This document shows positions 26,721 through 37,873 of a stretch of DNA of 64,000 bases, piece by piece. The notes beneath the pieces are model-generated. The model searched no databases. It had not been told where the DNA came from and worked only from the letters and a program-made list of their open reading frames with translations. Source of the DNA: Octopus vulgaris (Eukaryota). The position numbers and the translations under genes were made by a program. The stretch covers positions 31,868,001 through 31,932,000 of the forward strand of contig OX597825.1 in NCBI GenBank assembly GCA_951406725.2, read 5' to 3'. Positions within the stretch are counted from its first letter, which is position 1; the number at the start of each line of letters is the position of its first letter.

Positions 26721-27650
26721 AAACATGTCCATAAAGCTTGTAATGTAGGCCATCTAAACCAAGCACTTTGCTCCTTACATAACGACTTTGTGCTGATCAT
26801 ATCTTGGCTGCTGCTATTGGCTTTTTGCATCATTTTGTGTCATCTTCAAAGGGTAACTGCATGTTGTTGAAGTATACACTGAAGTCCACTATCATCTTTA
26901 AACCATTGCTATCACTGCTTGGAATGGAATAGCACATGTTACCAGTGGCTGAATTGTGACTGTCATGTTGCACCTCTGCTAACCAGACTCATCAAACAGC
27001 TTTGTTCATGCATGTCTAAGAGCATGTTCCATAAATCTAGTAACATCACCATCATGTTTTATGTTTTATAATCACCTCTTCTAACTTGCTAAGTTACTCT
27101 GTCTCCATTCTGTTGCTGCTGTAATTAACTCTTTTGTTTCTAAAGTAATCACCCTTTTTGCAGTAACCCCTACTTTCCTCATCAACAGCTACTTAACTAA
27201 TTCACTAATCAAATTGCTATAATCCTTGCACATTTGGAACAATGCATTCAGCTTCTAATGACCATATTCCTATGTTCTATCTAAGTCAGCTGTATGGATC
27301 ACAACTTTGTAGTTTTTGTTGCCTACCACTTAAAATCTGGGAGACTCTACACCTCCTGTCTGCTGACTCAAATACTCTATCTAGATACAACTCAGTTGAT
27401 CCAATGTAATTGCTCCATATCAACACTGATGCATTTAAGAAATCCAACCTGTACCCGTTAGACAACTGAAACTGTCTAAAAAATTTTACAAGCCTTTTAT
27501 ATGTCCCTCTCCTATTGGTTAATCCTGCACAATCCCGATGGCATCTAAAACATCATTTTAGTCTTCTGCCAGTGTATGTGCTCATTCTTATTTTGTTCCA
27601 TGTTGGTAAGGTTTGGTTGGACACAGACAAGTTAGGAATATATGGCAAAT
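26721..27650 (-). mobile_element. Old L1/Tx1-like LINE, endonuclease and RT-proximal portion (same element as 23180-25135)
   Basis: Minus-strand remnants AIYIPN (like AVYAPN), D*NDVLD (like GDWN), FQLSNGYRLD, LYLDRVF, and KVLGLDGLHYKLY (like KSPGLDGLPYE.Y) next to the RTE insertion. May extend to about 27900. Confidence 0.7.
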
Positions 27651-28925
27651 TATAGAAATGCTGTTGCTACACATTAGAGCATTTATACATATGCACAGAT
27701 GATGGTACAGTGTGTTCATAACTTTGTTTATGTTTTGTATTTTATCATTTACATTTTGTTTATACACGTGTACATCCCCAGTTGTTTGTCTTCGAGGGTG
27801 AACTTGACTGTTTTTCCATATTGCATGTCTTTTGTGACTAACACATCAGTGTTAGACTCTGGTAGAAATAGTTGTCTTTTACAATATTTAATTTCCATTT
27901 TGCATGTTTTAAATTCAAAAGCTGCAAGGTGTGATTTTGTTTTCATTTCTCCAGAGTTGTGAAGTACCAGTGAGTTAGGCATAAGCCAGTAGGGCAGTAG
28001 GCAAAATGCATTTATTTATGTCTTTATATAACTTTAGTTGAAATTCTGCTGATGATCAACTTTGCCTGTCAGCTTTCCAGGATCAATAAAACACGTACCA
28101 GTCAAGTACTGGGTTTATTCAGCTCACCTTATAGCTTTGCTAAAAACTTAGTGACTTAGTGACCTCGTGATATTTTGAAAATCATTGTTATGAGAAACGA
28201 TAGTGCCAGACTAAAATATGTGGTATTTAGTCATGCCCCTTTACATTCCTCATTGAAATACCACTGAGTTTGGTTTTGCTTTTCAACCTTCTGATGTTTA
28301 TAAAATAAGTCTGTGCTAAGAACTGGGTATGATTAAATCATCTCCACCCTCTTCAAAAGATGTGCAACTTTTTTTGTCAGTCATGTAAAGTGTTATTTTG
28401 TGTTGAATAGTAGATTCATTAGAACGGTAGTGAAGAGTATAGTTTTTTTACATTTCCTTTCAGTGTTCAGATTAAATCACTCTAAGGTCAGCTTTCTTTC
28501 ATCACTCCATAGTTAATAAAATAAGTTGCCAAATTCCAAACCAAATCAGAGATTGGTTTGGAAATAATAAAAAAAAGAAAAGCTGTACATTATTTGTGCT
28601 TTTGGATAAAATAAACACTTGTGTTTCTGGTTTGTCCTCTACATTGGTTTCTAGTCTAGGACAGGTAGCAAAGGTCATGAACACTGCTACTCCACTTCCA
28701 TGTAAATAGAACAATACATGTCTTTGTTTTACTTCATGGCACAATGATATATGTATGTCTTCTATTTTGATTTACTGAATAATAATTAGAAATGTTTGTT
28801 TTTGTCTCTTTTTTATATTTTTTTACAGCTGTTTTATTTTGTACAGCACATTGAATAAATGTATAGATTTCAATATTTACACTTCTAGCTTAATTTTATT
28901 AGTTGAGGGTTAATATTTCTTTTAA

Positions 28926-29097
28926 CCCTTTAGCATTTAAACTAGTCATATCCAGCTCAAATATTCTACCTGTTTAAGTTCAAACTGGTCACACTTTCCC
29001 TGCAATGTGATTCTAAAAGATAAACAATCACATCTTTAAAATCCTGAAGCTACAAGCTACATTATTAATTTGACAAAGTAATCTGAATGATGAAGAG
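28926..29097. mobile_element. TTAA MITE family 1 copy
   Basis: TTAA-CCCTTTAGCATTTAAAC...ATATTCTACCTGTTT...GAAGAG-TTAA, homologous to 17560-17780. Confidence 0.75.
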
Positions 29098-30201
29098 TTA
29101 AGCTAATTCTTGAAAAATGATTTTGTCACTATAACTAAAGGAAATATCTGTCCAAGTTTTAGGGTAAAACACAACAAGCTACAGGGATGAGTAATTCATA
29201 TCCTTCCTCTGCTCCTTGCCTGTGGTTAAGGCACTTAAAACTCTAGGATGAACTTCCTGTTGTAAGTAAGTACCCAAGGGTAAACTGGCTGAACTGAATC
29301 AATTAATGGCAGCCGTATAAAACATTCATATTTTTTGAGGTTACACTGATGAGTCTATATGCTTGGAGAAGGTCATGTGGAAAGCAATCTATTAAGCACA
29401 TCTTGAATCATTATTATCTTAGTCTGGATTGTTGTAGTGGTGCATATCTGAAGATTTTCAGGAATTGGTTAAAGAATTTATGCTCTACTTTATTAATGCT
29501 AATATATATATATTTAAAAACATTTTGAATGAAATTTAAATTCTTGGTGGAAGAAGACTTACTGTGTTTATGTCTCAACCTTAACCAAAACATCACCATC
29601 AGTTATTTGAATAAATACTTTGTACAATCCATTTTTTCCTTAGAATTGCATTCATTTTTCAAACATCCTTTTCACATTTTCTCATAAACTTCAACATCAC
29701 ACTGATACCAACCCCTTCTCTGTATCCTTATTTCCCACACTAACGAGACTAAAACCTAAAAATTGTTATAAATACTGTATTCCCTTCTCTATCAAAATGT
29801 AAAAAAAAAAAAGAAGAGAAATTTAGGAAATGTGTAGCTAATGTATAAAATGTTTGTATTTCTATATAAAAACAGCAGATTATTCATGATTTTAATTTGT
29901 AATTTTTCTTCTTCACTACCTCTTCACCCCTTTAAAGAAGCAGTTTCCAAAACTTATAGGTTACAGAATGTTTTTTACTTTTTTTATATCCTCACAGAAC
30001 ATATAGCTATCTCTCCCCCACCCCCACACCCACCCACTGGCCTCTTTAATCATCAAGTGACTTAAACATAAATATTTAACAGGTCAGACCAATTCTCATG
30101 TGGGTTGCTTGAAGGTCGCTTCAACAACACCCAGTGGCCTGCTGGACAAATGATGAATGATACAAATTAAAAACAAATATCCAAAGAATTTAATTTTGTT
30201 T

Positions 30202-30232
<31 letters not shown>

Positions 30233-30400
30233 GACTAGTATCTTTTTATTTAAAATAATTGCTGGATTTTACTTAATTGCATATAAACAAGTGCACACAT
30301 GTACATAGACATTCTCTCTCTCTCTCTCTCTCTCTCTCCCTCCTCATATTTAAAAAAATATTTTTTCTTGTAGTTTAGTCTGTTTCAAAATTACATTAAT

Positions 30401-30450
30401 TGATGTATGACCAATCTATGATGTATGACCAATGTTTGATGTATGACTGA
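30401..30450. repeat. 18-bp tandem repeat, about 2.7 copies (TGATGTATGACCAATNTN)
   Basis: Units start at 30401, 30419 and 30437. Confidence 0.85.
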
Positions 30451-30995
30451 AAATATTTGGCTATTTACATTTATAACTATTTTCTTTCAGAATTATTTTG
30501 TTCTCATTCATTTATTATTCATTACACAGTAATCTGTGTATTTATTATACACAGATTACTGCGTATAATTTCTTTTAATGTATTTGGGGACGGAAAAGTT
30601 TTGTACTTAGGAAAAGAGAAAACTCACATGCTCATCATTCAATCATCCTTTCACTTCTAAAACTCTTTTCTTTTACTCTAATAGTCTCTGTTTCTCAGAA
30701 ATTGTCTATACAGTCTCCGTCTAAGTCAACCCCCTCCTGTCTGTCACACTCTAGACTCCACTCTAAGCACTTTATCCAATTCTACTCTAACAAGTGACCT
30801 TTAAAAGTTAATACCAAACATTAACCTTATCTAGCTGTTTTTGTCCCCTAATATAGAATCTGGAAAGATTATAAACACTGTCTTTCAAATTTAAGAGTTA
30901 AAAGTTGTTTTTGAAAATTTGCTGATCCTGTGAAACCCATAAATATAGAGTTTGCTTTGGTAGGGATTTCTAATTTTTATTTTATTATTCTAAAG

Positions 30996-31494
30996 CAAGG
31001 GTCACCAAACTATGGCCTGTGAGTCAGATCCAGCCCACCGCCACACTGTACCTTTTGTGTAAGTACCTGCAATGAAAGTTCATTTGCCTCTGGTATGGCA
31101 TCTGTCTGTGAGCAAACATTTTCAAAAATGGAGTATGTGAAATCAACACATTGAACAAGGTTGACTGATGAACATTTGAAAGCACTTCTCTTGGTTGGAT
31201 GCAGAGATTCCAAAGCAAATATTGATGATATCTTAATAGCTAAACACCAGTTTCAGAAATCTCATGAACCTTTTTCGCTGCTTAGTTTGTGAGATTCGGA
31301 TATGTGCACACTGGATGTGATATAACTATCTTATTGCTAATGTCGCCTTTTTGATACCTTTTTGGTAAATAAATATGTTGGTTACCTTTATTTTTTGTGT
31401 ATTAACTGTATTGTATTGAACAAAATGGTCATGCAGCCCAAGCTTATTCTCTCAGTTATCTGGCCCACTGTGAAAAAAGTTTGGTGACCCCCTG
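30996..31494 (+). mobile_element. Non-autonomous hAT (Charlie/SPIN-like) deletion derivative
   Basis: TIRs CAAGGGTCACCAAACT and AGTTTGGTGACCCCCTG. Degenerate 8-bp TSD TTCTAAAG / CTCTAAAT. Internal + strand remnant CEQTFSKM...RLTDEHLKALL...NIDDIL...QFQKSH of the hAT C-terminal dimerisation domain. Confidence 0.85.
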
Positions 31495-31737
31495 CTCTAA
31501 ATAAAGCAAAGTACAAGTGTGTTTCTCCTCAATGTGTCCAGTTGAATAGAGGTGGGAGTCTGCTTGGGTGGTTCAACAGAATATAAAAGTTGTCTGTACC
31601 AGTTGACATTCTTTGTGCTGCATAGGGACCTAATGTCAGTACAATAGTTAGGATTTAATGGAAAACAGAAAGATTTAATGAGAACTTTTTTCTCTCTCTC
31701 TCCAAACACACACATATGCATACATACACTTAGGTAA

Positions 31738-31995
31738 AGGTGCATGGCCAAGTGGTTAGTGTTGCACTCACAATTGCGAAATCATGGTTTCAATTCCCAG
31801 ACTGGGTGTTGCGTTGTGTTCTTAAACAAAGCACTTCATTTCACATTGCTCTTGCAGCTGTACAGGCAATGTCAATTTGATGGAAGGAGTGAGCTGATGT
31901 GAACACAGACATTTGATCACTATAAACAAATCATTTGTGCAGGTTGTTCAGCTAGAAATTGCAGACCCCCTCATATGTCATCTAACGACAGGAGA
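31738..31995 (+). mobile_element. tRNA-derived SINE related to the family B head, older
   Basis: TGGCCAAGTGGTTAG A-box and GGTTTCAATTCCCAGACTGGG B-box, followed by GTTGTGTTCTT...CACTTCATTTCACATTGCTC. Confidence 0.6.
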
Positions 31996-32483
31996 TGGAT
32001 GTAAGAAGATAAAAATAACTAAACTATGGACATGTTATTTATTGTCAGTCTCTTCCTGTATACTAGTGATGTGTTAGAACATGGGGCTTTACCATTAGTG
32101 CTTCTGTTGTAGTGCAAAACCACACTAACTTAAGCTCTGTAAAATGTCATGTAAAACTTGTAATTTTTAATGATACTACTACTTACAATAGTGAGCCATT
32201 GCATTCAGTGGTACTTCCTTACTTCAAAAGTGTGTTGGCATAGATGTGGCACAATACTAAGATACAAAATGATATTCATCTCCCTCTTTCACTTGTTATC
32301 TTCTCCATTAACTCAGCCATCAATGACTTATTGACTTGTAATGTAATGGAAATGTGTTGGTCAAAAAACAGATCAGATTTAAGAACATTGACCTTCACTG
32401 ATGAAATGACACCAAAATAGAAAGACACCAATATTTTAAAGCATGTTTATTGAAAATGTAGTAAAGAATTTTATTGTGTTTAA

Positions 32484-32713
32484 TTTATTTCTTTATTGCC
32501 CACAAGGGGCTAAACATAGAGGGGACAAACAAGGACAGACAAGGGGATTAAGCCGATTACATCGACCCCAATGATTAACTGGTACTTATTTAATCGACCC
32601 TGAAAGGATGAAAGGCAAAATCAACCTCGGCAGAATTTGAACTCAGAACGTAGCGGCAGATGAAATACCACTTGGCATTTCACCCAGCATGCTAACGTTT
32701 CTGCCAGCTCACC
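32484..32713 (-). mobile_element. MetaSINE-type SINE, well preserved
   Basis: Minus strand GAGCTGGCAGAAACGTTAG...GAGTTCAAATTCTGCCGAGGTTGATTTTGCCTTTCATCCTTTCAGGGTCGATTAAATAAGTACCAG resembles the recalled Meta domain (GCCTTCCATCCTT..GAGGTCG.TAAAATGAGTACCAG). Decayed relatives at about 470-960, 10400-10530, 13020-13110, 21800-21920, 22570-22700, 28050-28330 and 57930-58550. Confidence 0.8.
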
Positions 32714-34129
32714 ATTGTGATTAATATTTAATAATAGTCAAGGAGTATTCAATAATTGGGATGGGTTCCTTTTAAGTAATAACGAAGCATGATAAGAAAG
32801 CACAATGTTCAGTAAGTTGTTAAAATTAGATATCTTTAGTAATTATTCATATTAATGCTTATTAACTTTAGATCTCCTTTTCCCTATTAGAATTGAGTTT
32901 AAATATATCTGAAGTATTGTTTTTTAACTTCAATTACCTTTTCAAGTTACTGTCACTGTTCTAATGAAAAATCTTATCACTCCTTGATGATAATGTATGA
33001 AATCAATTTTTTTCACCTTGAACTTAAAAACATTGTTATTTCTCAATCTTTTTATTAAAAGAAATCTCTCTGTGTGTATGTGTGTGAGTGAAACAGAGAG
33101 AGAGTGAGAGAAAGAATATGTAGTGTGGTTGAATTGCTGGCCCTGTGGTTAAGCTGCTTGTTGTGAGTTCTATAATTAGGTCAAGACACATTAAAATAGT
33201 TATTAATTACATGTTGCTAACCTTCACCTGTTTCTAAACAGTCATATTTCCCCATGGTCAGACATGTTTCCACAAAATATGGGAAATGAATGACACTGCT
33301 TGTATAACAGTGGTACTTATTTATAACTATCACATGATGTCAGGACAATGAGTCATATACTTACATTTCATGTATTTTATATATTTACATTCACACACAA
33401 TGGGCACAATGGGCTTTTATCAGTTTCTATCTACCACATTTGCTCAGAAGGCTTTGATCTACCTGGAGCCATAGAGGACACATAGTATAATTGGACCTGA
33501 AACTATATGGTTTGTATTAATGCCCATGTCATTGCTGCAACTTCCTTTCTCTTTTAAATTCCTTGTTTTTTCCTCTCCTAGAACATCATTTTTCTCTTTG
33601 GAATTCATATGTTGCTTATTGGTTGTTACCCTGCAACTACTAGTGTGTAACAATTTAAACATATTATCGCTGCTAAGTATCTCAGTTCCCTAGCAGGAAA
33701 GAATTATAGGGGTTCTACTTGAAAAGCTGCATATCTTTAAGAACATTCAAAAAATAGAATTTCAAAGAACATTTTGCGAAGACATTACTTTTTCAGTGTA
33801 AGTAATGTCCTCCAGAAATATTTGATTATCCAATTGTCTTTGATATAAGATTGCAAATGAAGATCAGTCTTCTTCTCTCAGATTGAATTAAACATTTGCA
33901 GCTTTCACTGTGAAAAAGAAGCAGTTGTTGTCCAAATGTTGGCATACCTTTTTATTGTTTGTTATCCCTTGCAGAAAAAAGTGAACAACAGATGGCGGGA
34001 GTGTGACATTAGATTCAGATTACAACAACTAATATAAATAACTGAGTAAATTATAGAAGAAATATGACTAATAATGCATCCACCCATCTATTTTCACCAC
34101 CCATTATATCTGGGATGGTCATGGGGGTA

Positions 34130-34543
34130 GAGTTGTCAGGTATCTCCTCCATTGAGTCCTGTTAAACCTACCTGCTGGATTCCCAAACATGACCAACTGA
34201 GGCTATGGACATTATCCTACTATCTTGCTTGTGGCCTACCCTTAATTGTCCTACCAGGTGGCTCAGCTTGAAGAATCTGTCTTGTGATTCTTTCCTGCAG
34301 CATTCTAACCATGTCTCTAGTACTGGAGCTATGACTACTCATTGGGGTGAAATAGTAGCTTGACCAGGGAGATACTCCCTAATCTCTCAGCTATGCCCTC
34401 TGTTGCGTAATGTCCCTTCAGAGACCCTTTAGCAGAACCTCAATTCAACCAATTGCATTCACAATTGTAGTTTTTTGATCATTACCAAACATTCATAATC
34501 ATAGATGAGAATAGGTACAAAATTCAAATCAAAAACGACAGCA

Positions 34544-34575
<32 letters not shown>

Positions 34576-34735
34576 ATCTCTCATCTTCTGAAGATCGAAT
34601 ACTGAAGCTGGTGCATTACTGTACTAGCACCAGCAATCCCAACATCAAATTCAGTCTCCTGTTCCTCCCCCATCTCCATCCCTTGTGAATATGTCCTGGA
34701 GATACTTAAACTTCTCCACTTGTCTCAGTAATGTT
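34130..34735 (-). mobile_element. Decayed RTE LINE C-terminal fragment
   Basis: Minus strand reads QVEKFKYL, FVPILIYDYECLVM, RMLQERITRQILQAEPPGR..KGRP, matching recalled RTE VEEFKYLG, VPTLTYGHE.W and RMP..R..RQ...G.RPRGRP motifs. Interrupted by a run of about 29 T. Confidence 0.7.
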
Positions 34736-36361
34736 TTACTAACATGCACTAACAATGCATATGCACAGTTATTGGCAAAATATCAAAATGCAGCTATCTG
34801 TTAGCATATATTAAGTAACATTATCTTCCATTGGATTAAACGAGCATTAGACTTTTTTGTGTGAGTGTTATTATTTGATCCTGTGTTTACCCTTTTGAAG
34901 CAGACTTGACATAAAAGGCATTCCAGCCAAGACCCTCCCATCTATTTTTTAGATTGTAGAGTATGACTTGAGGTGGGAGTTCTTTGGCTGCTATTTCTAG
35001 CATGGAAAATTTCTATTAGAATGACCTTGTAGACTCCTCCTCATTGGCTTCTTTTTTGTTTTAGTTTAAAATATCAGACACCCTCTTTCTATGAACTGAG
35101 TATTTCTTAAGCACCTATTTTTACTTATAAATCATGGCAAATAAAAGTAATGCACCTTACTTGGGGGACTGTAATTCAGTAGCTGTTGGCAAGTCAAGCA
35201 TGAAGTGAATGATGTGTGTATACATAATTGACATGAATCACCCATCTTGATTGTGCGGTATATATTTATTACCTGTAGAGAAATTTATGGAAACATTGTT
35301 GTATAGTAAGGCTTGGTTGATGTCAGGTTTTCTTTTTCCTAGTTTATCAGTATTCAACCAATGCAAACTCACTTACTACATCAAAACCATTGTTCACAAT
35401 GATTAATTACCTACCACCTGTCTCTATTATGTGTAATATATGTTTACATTGGGAAAGCAGAGGCAAATAAGCCGTTGACATGACAACAGCTCCATAAATT
35501 GGAAAATCAATTATGTCGCACACACACATGCCTGTGGGCGTGAACATGCATTTGAGCATGCATATGTATGTGCATATGTGTATCTGAATGAAAGATAGCC
35601 ACAAGTGTTAGCTTTCATTAAAATGCTTCCTAATCAATTTTTCTGAAACTAAAACTTACAGAATGATTTTCAAAATGTTGGCAGAAGGAGGAAAATTGAG
35701 ATGCAAAGAAATTTTTTTTTTGTTTTAAACTTTGTCTTTTCTTTTTCCTTCAGCCTCTTTCTATTTTCTGAGTCTTCAGCGTCGGCTTCTTCATCATTAT
35801 CACCACAATTTATCACCACCTTCGTTCTCATTATTTCATGTGATATTTATCTATTTCTATCTTTTTCATGTTTAAAATCAGTGTCTTCTTACAAAGCAGC
35901 AAGTCAAATTATTGTGGGTTGAAGTAGATTTTTATATGGATCAATACAAGTGTTTGGCTCTGGGAAAATTTTAATTTTTACTTTTGAGGCTGTATCTGAA
36001 TGGATGGATGGATGGAAAGAAAGAATTTTTTTCCTCTTTTCTTTTTTTTTTTTGTCTTTTTTGTCCATTAGTCATCTGTTATTTGTATATAAATTAATAT
36101 TAATTCCAAATCTGCTTACCATACTGTCTTGTGTTAAAGAAACTTGTTTGGCTGCCATAGTAACTGTCTACAGCAGTTTTTCAACAAGGAAAAAAAGCAT
36201 ATGTTAAAATGTTGATGACCTCAACAAATGTAGCTGGACTTGATGTTTTATAAGCAAATATTCTTCTGAGTTCTGATTACGGTATTTGGAATCTCTGTAA
36301 TTATTATAATAAAAGTGATAAAAGTACAGTTTTATATTTAAGGGATGAGGAATTATGTACA

Positions 36362-36769
36362 TTATTTACATTTGATGGATATTTGTCCTCATCTTGTTTG
36401 TTGTTATCACAACATTTTGGCTGATATACTCTCCAACCTTCATCAGGTGTCTTGGGGATATTTCGAAACTGGGTTCTCATTCCTAAGTAAGGATAGAAAA
36501 ATATTCACTCTATAATTACCCACGGGCATATGGCGTAGTGGTTAAGAGCGCAGGCTACTAACCCCAAGATTCCGAGTTTGATTCCAGGCAGTGACCTGAA
36601 TAATAATAAGAAGAATAACAACAATAATAATAACATCGAAAAATACCTTAGGAATGAGAACCCAGTTTCGAAATTTCCCCAAGACACCTGATGGAAGCTG
36701 GAGGGTATATCAGCCGAAACGTATTAACAACAAACAAGATGAAGACAAACATCTGTCTAATGTAAATGA
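36362..36769 (+). mobile_element. Composite non-autonomous element: tRNA-like head between inverted Penelope-like arms
   Basis: Arms 36362-36487 and 36647-36769 are reverse complements. Centre 36524-36597 has A-box TGGCGTAGTGG and B-box GTTTGATTCC followed by (AAT)n. Each arm carries a CTGATGA-stem-GAAAC-like motif. Confidence 0.75.
36683..36726 (+). ncRNA. Degenerate minimal type-I hammerhead ribozyme motif (mirror copy at 36404-36451 on the minus strand)
   Basis: The two copies combine to GACAC-CTGATGA-A-GGCTG(loop)CAGCC-GAA-ACGT-T-GTG: stem I, CUGANGA core, stem II, GAAA, palindromic stem III. Each individual copy has core mutations. Confidence 0.6.
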
Positions 36770-36956
36770 CAGGATAATAGTAGTTGTGATTTCTTACTTT
36801 GGTACAAGGCTACATAATCATTGAGATGTCAGTTTAATTGACTGATACTTTTTTTAACCCTCCCCCCCAACACACACACACCATAATTTGCAAAAGGTAA
36901 ACTTGAAGGTTTGTAACTAAATGCCTTACAGAGGATTTAGTCTAGCATTACCAAAC

Positions 36957-36957
<1 letters not shown>

Positions 36958-37039
<82 letters not shown>
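36958..37039. repeat. (TA)n microsatellite, about 40 units
   Basis: Uninterrupted TA run. Confidence 0.97.
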
Positions 37040-37041
<2 letters not shown>

Positions 37042-37666
37042 CACAGAGCGATTTCTTCAGAGTGTCCTCATACTGCTCCTTGTTGCCCCCGTCTCAGTGG
37101 CCAGTAAAGAGTTCACAATATAGCCCAACCTTTGATAGGTGGTGATGCTTCTCCATCATAGAAACAAATAAAACAGGCTTGCACATAATTTACATCTATC
37201 AAATTCCCCTGGTAAAACACTGGCCAAGCTGGAGCTATGCTTGAAGATACTTGCCTAAGGTTCTGCACAGTCATATTTGATCTGTAATCATATGGTTGCA
37301 ATACCAGAAGCTTTAAAGGCAAAGTGGATTTGCTTTTAGCAAGATTTTAACAATAACAATGATAGTAATAAGTAGTAGTCATTTATTTTTAACAGTAGCA
37401 CAAAGTCACAATTGTGTGTTTTTGCTGTCTTACTGGTACATCTTGTTCTCTATGCAAAAGTGATGGAAAGTAGAGACAATTATGGCAAGACTTGAATTTA
37501 GGAGATAGAGAAAAGTAAATAAATATTGAAAGACATTTAGTTCAGAAGTTTGGTGACATTTCTTTATTACTAAGTAAATATACTACAAGATTGTTATAAA
37601 CATAAATAAAAAGTTAGTGTACTTTTACATACCAGTGTGTTTTTGTTTGTTTTGTTTTTGTTTTTC

Positions 37667-37873
37667 CAGTTTCAGCTCTTGAGCTGTGGCCATGCTGGGG
37701 CACCGCCATTGTGGTGAAAGAGTACAGCAGGGATCACCACCCCCTGCCGGAGCCTCGTAGAGCTTTTTTAGGTGTTTTCGCTCAATAAACACACACAACG
37801 CCCGGTCTGAGAATCGAAACCGCGATCCTGCGACCGCGAGTCTGCTGCCCTAACCACTAGGCCATTGTGCCTC
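37667..37873 (-). mobile_element. tRNA-derived SINE family B, young
   Basis: Minus-strand head AGGCACAATGGCCTAGTGGTTAGGGCAGCAGACTCGCGGTCGCAGGATCGCGGTTTCGATTCTC (A and B boxes) and tail GGCGGTGCCCCAGCATGGCCACAGC...GCTGAAACTGG. Confidence 0.85.

Noticed and set aside
27749-27982. 77-aa minus-strand ORF
   Set aside because: Possibly the decayed N-terminus of the L1 endonuclease, but too weak to call; no evidence for a host exon.
30401-30450. CRISPR-like or snoRNA-like repeat
   Set aside because: Head-to-tail 18-mers without spacers; no properly spaced C/D boxes with a terminal stem.
36524-36597. Functional tRNA gene (apparent Ser-ACT)
   Set aside because: Acceptor and anticodon stems pair poorly, the B box is mutated, ACT is not a normal eukaryotic anticodon, and it is embedded in a repeat. 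Treated as a SINE-type head.
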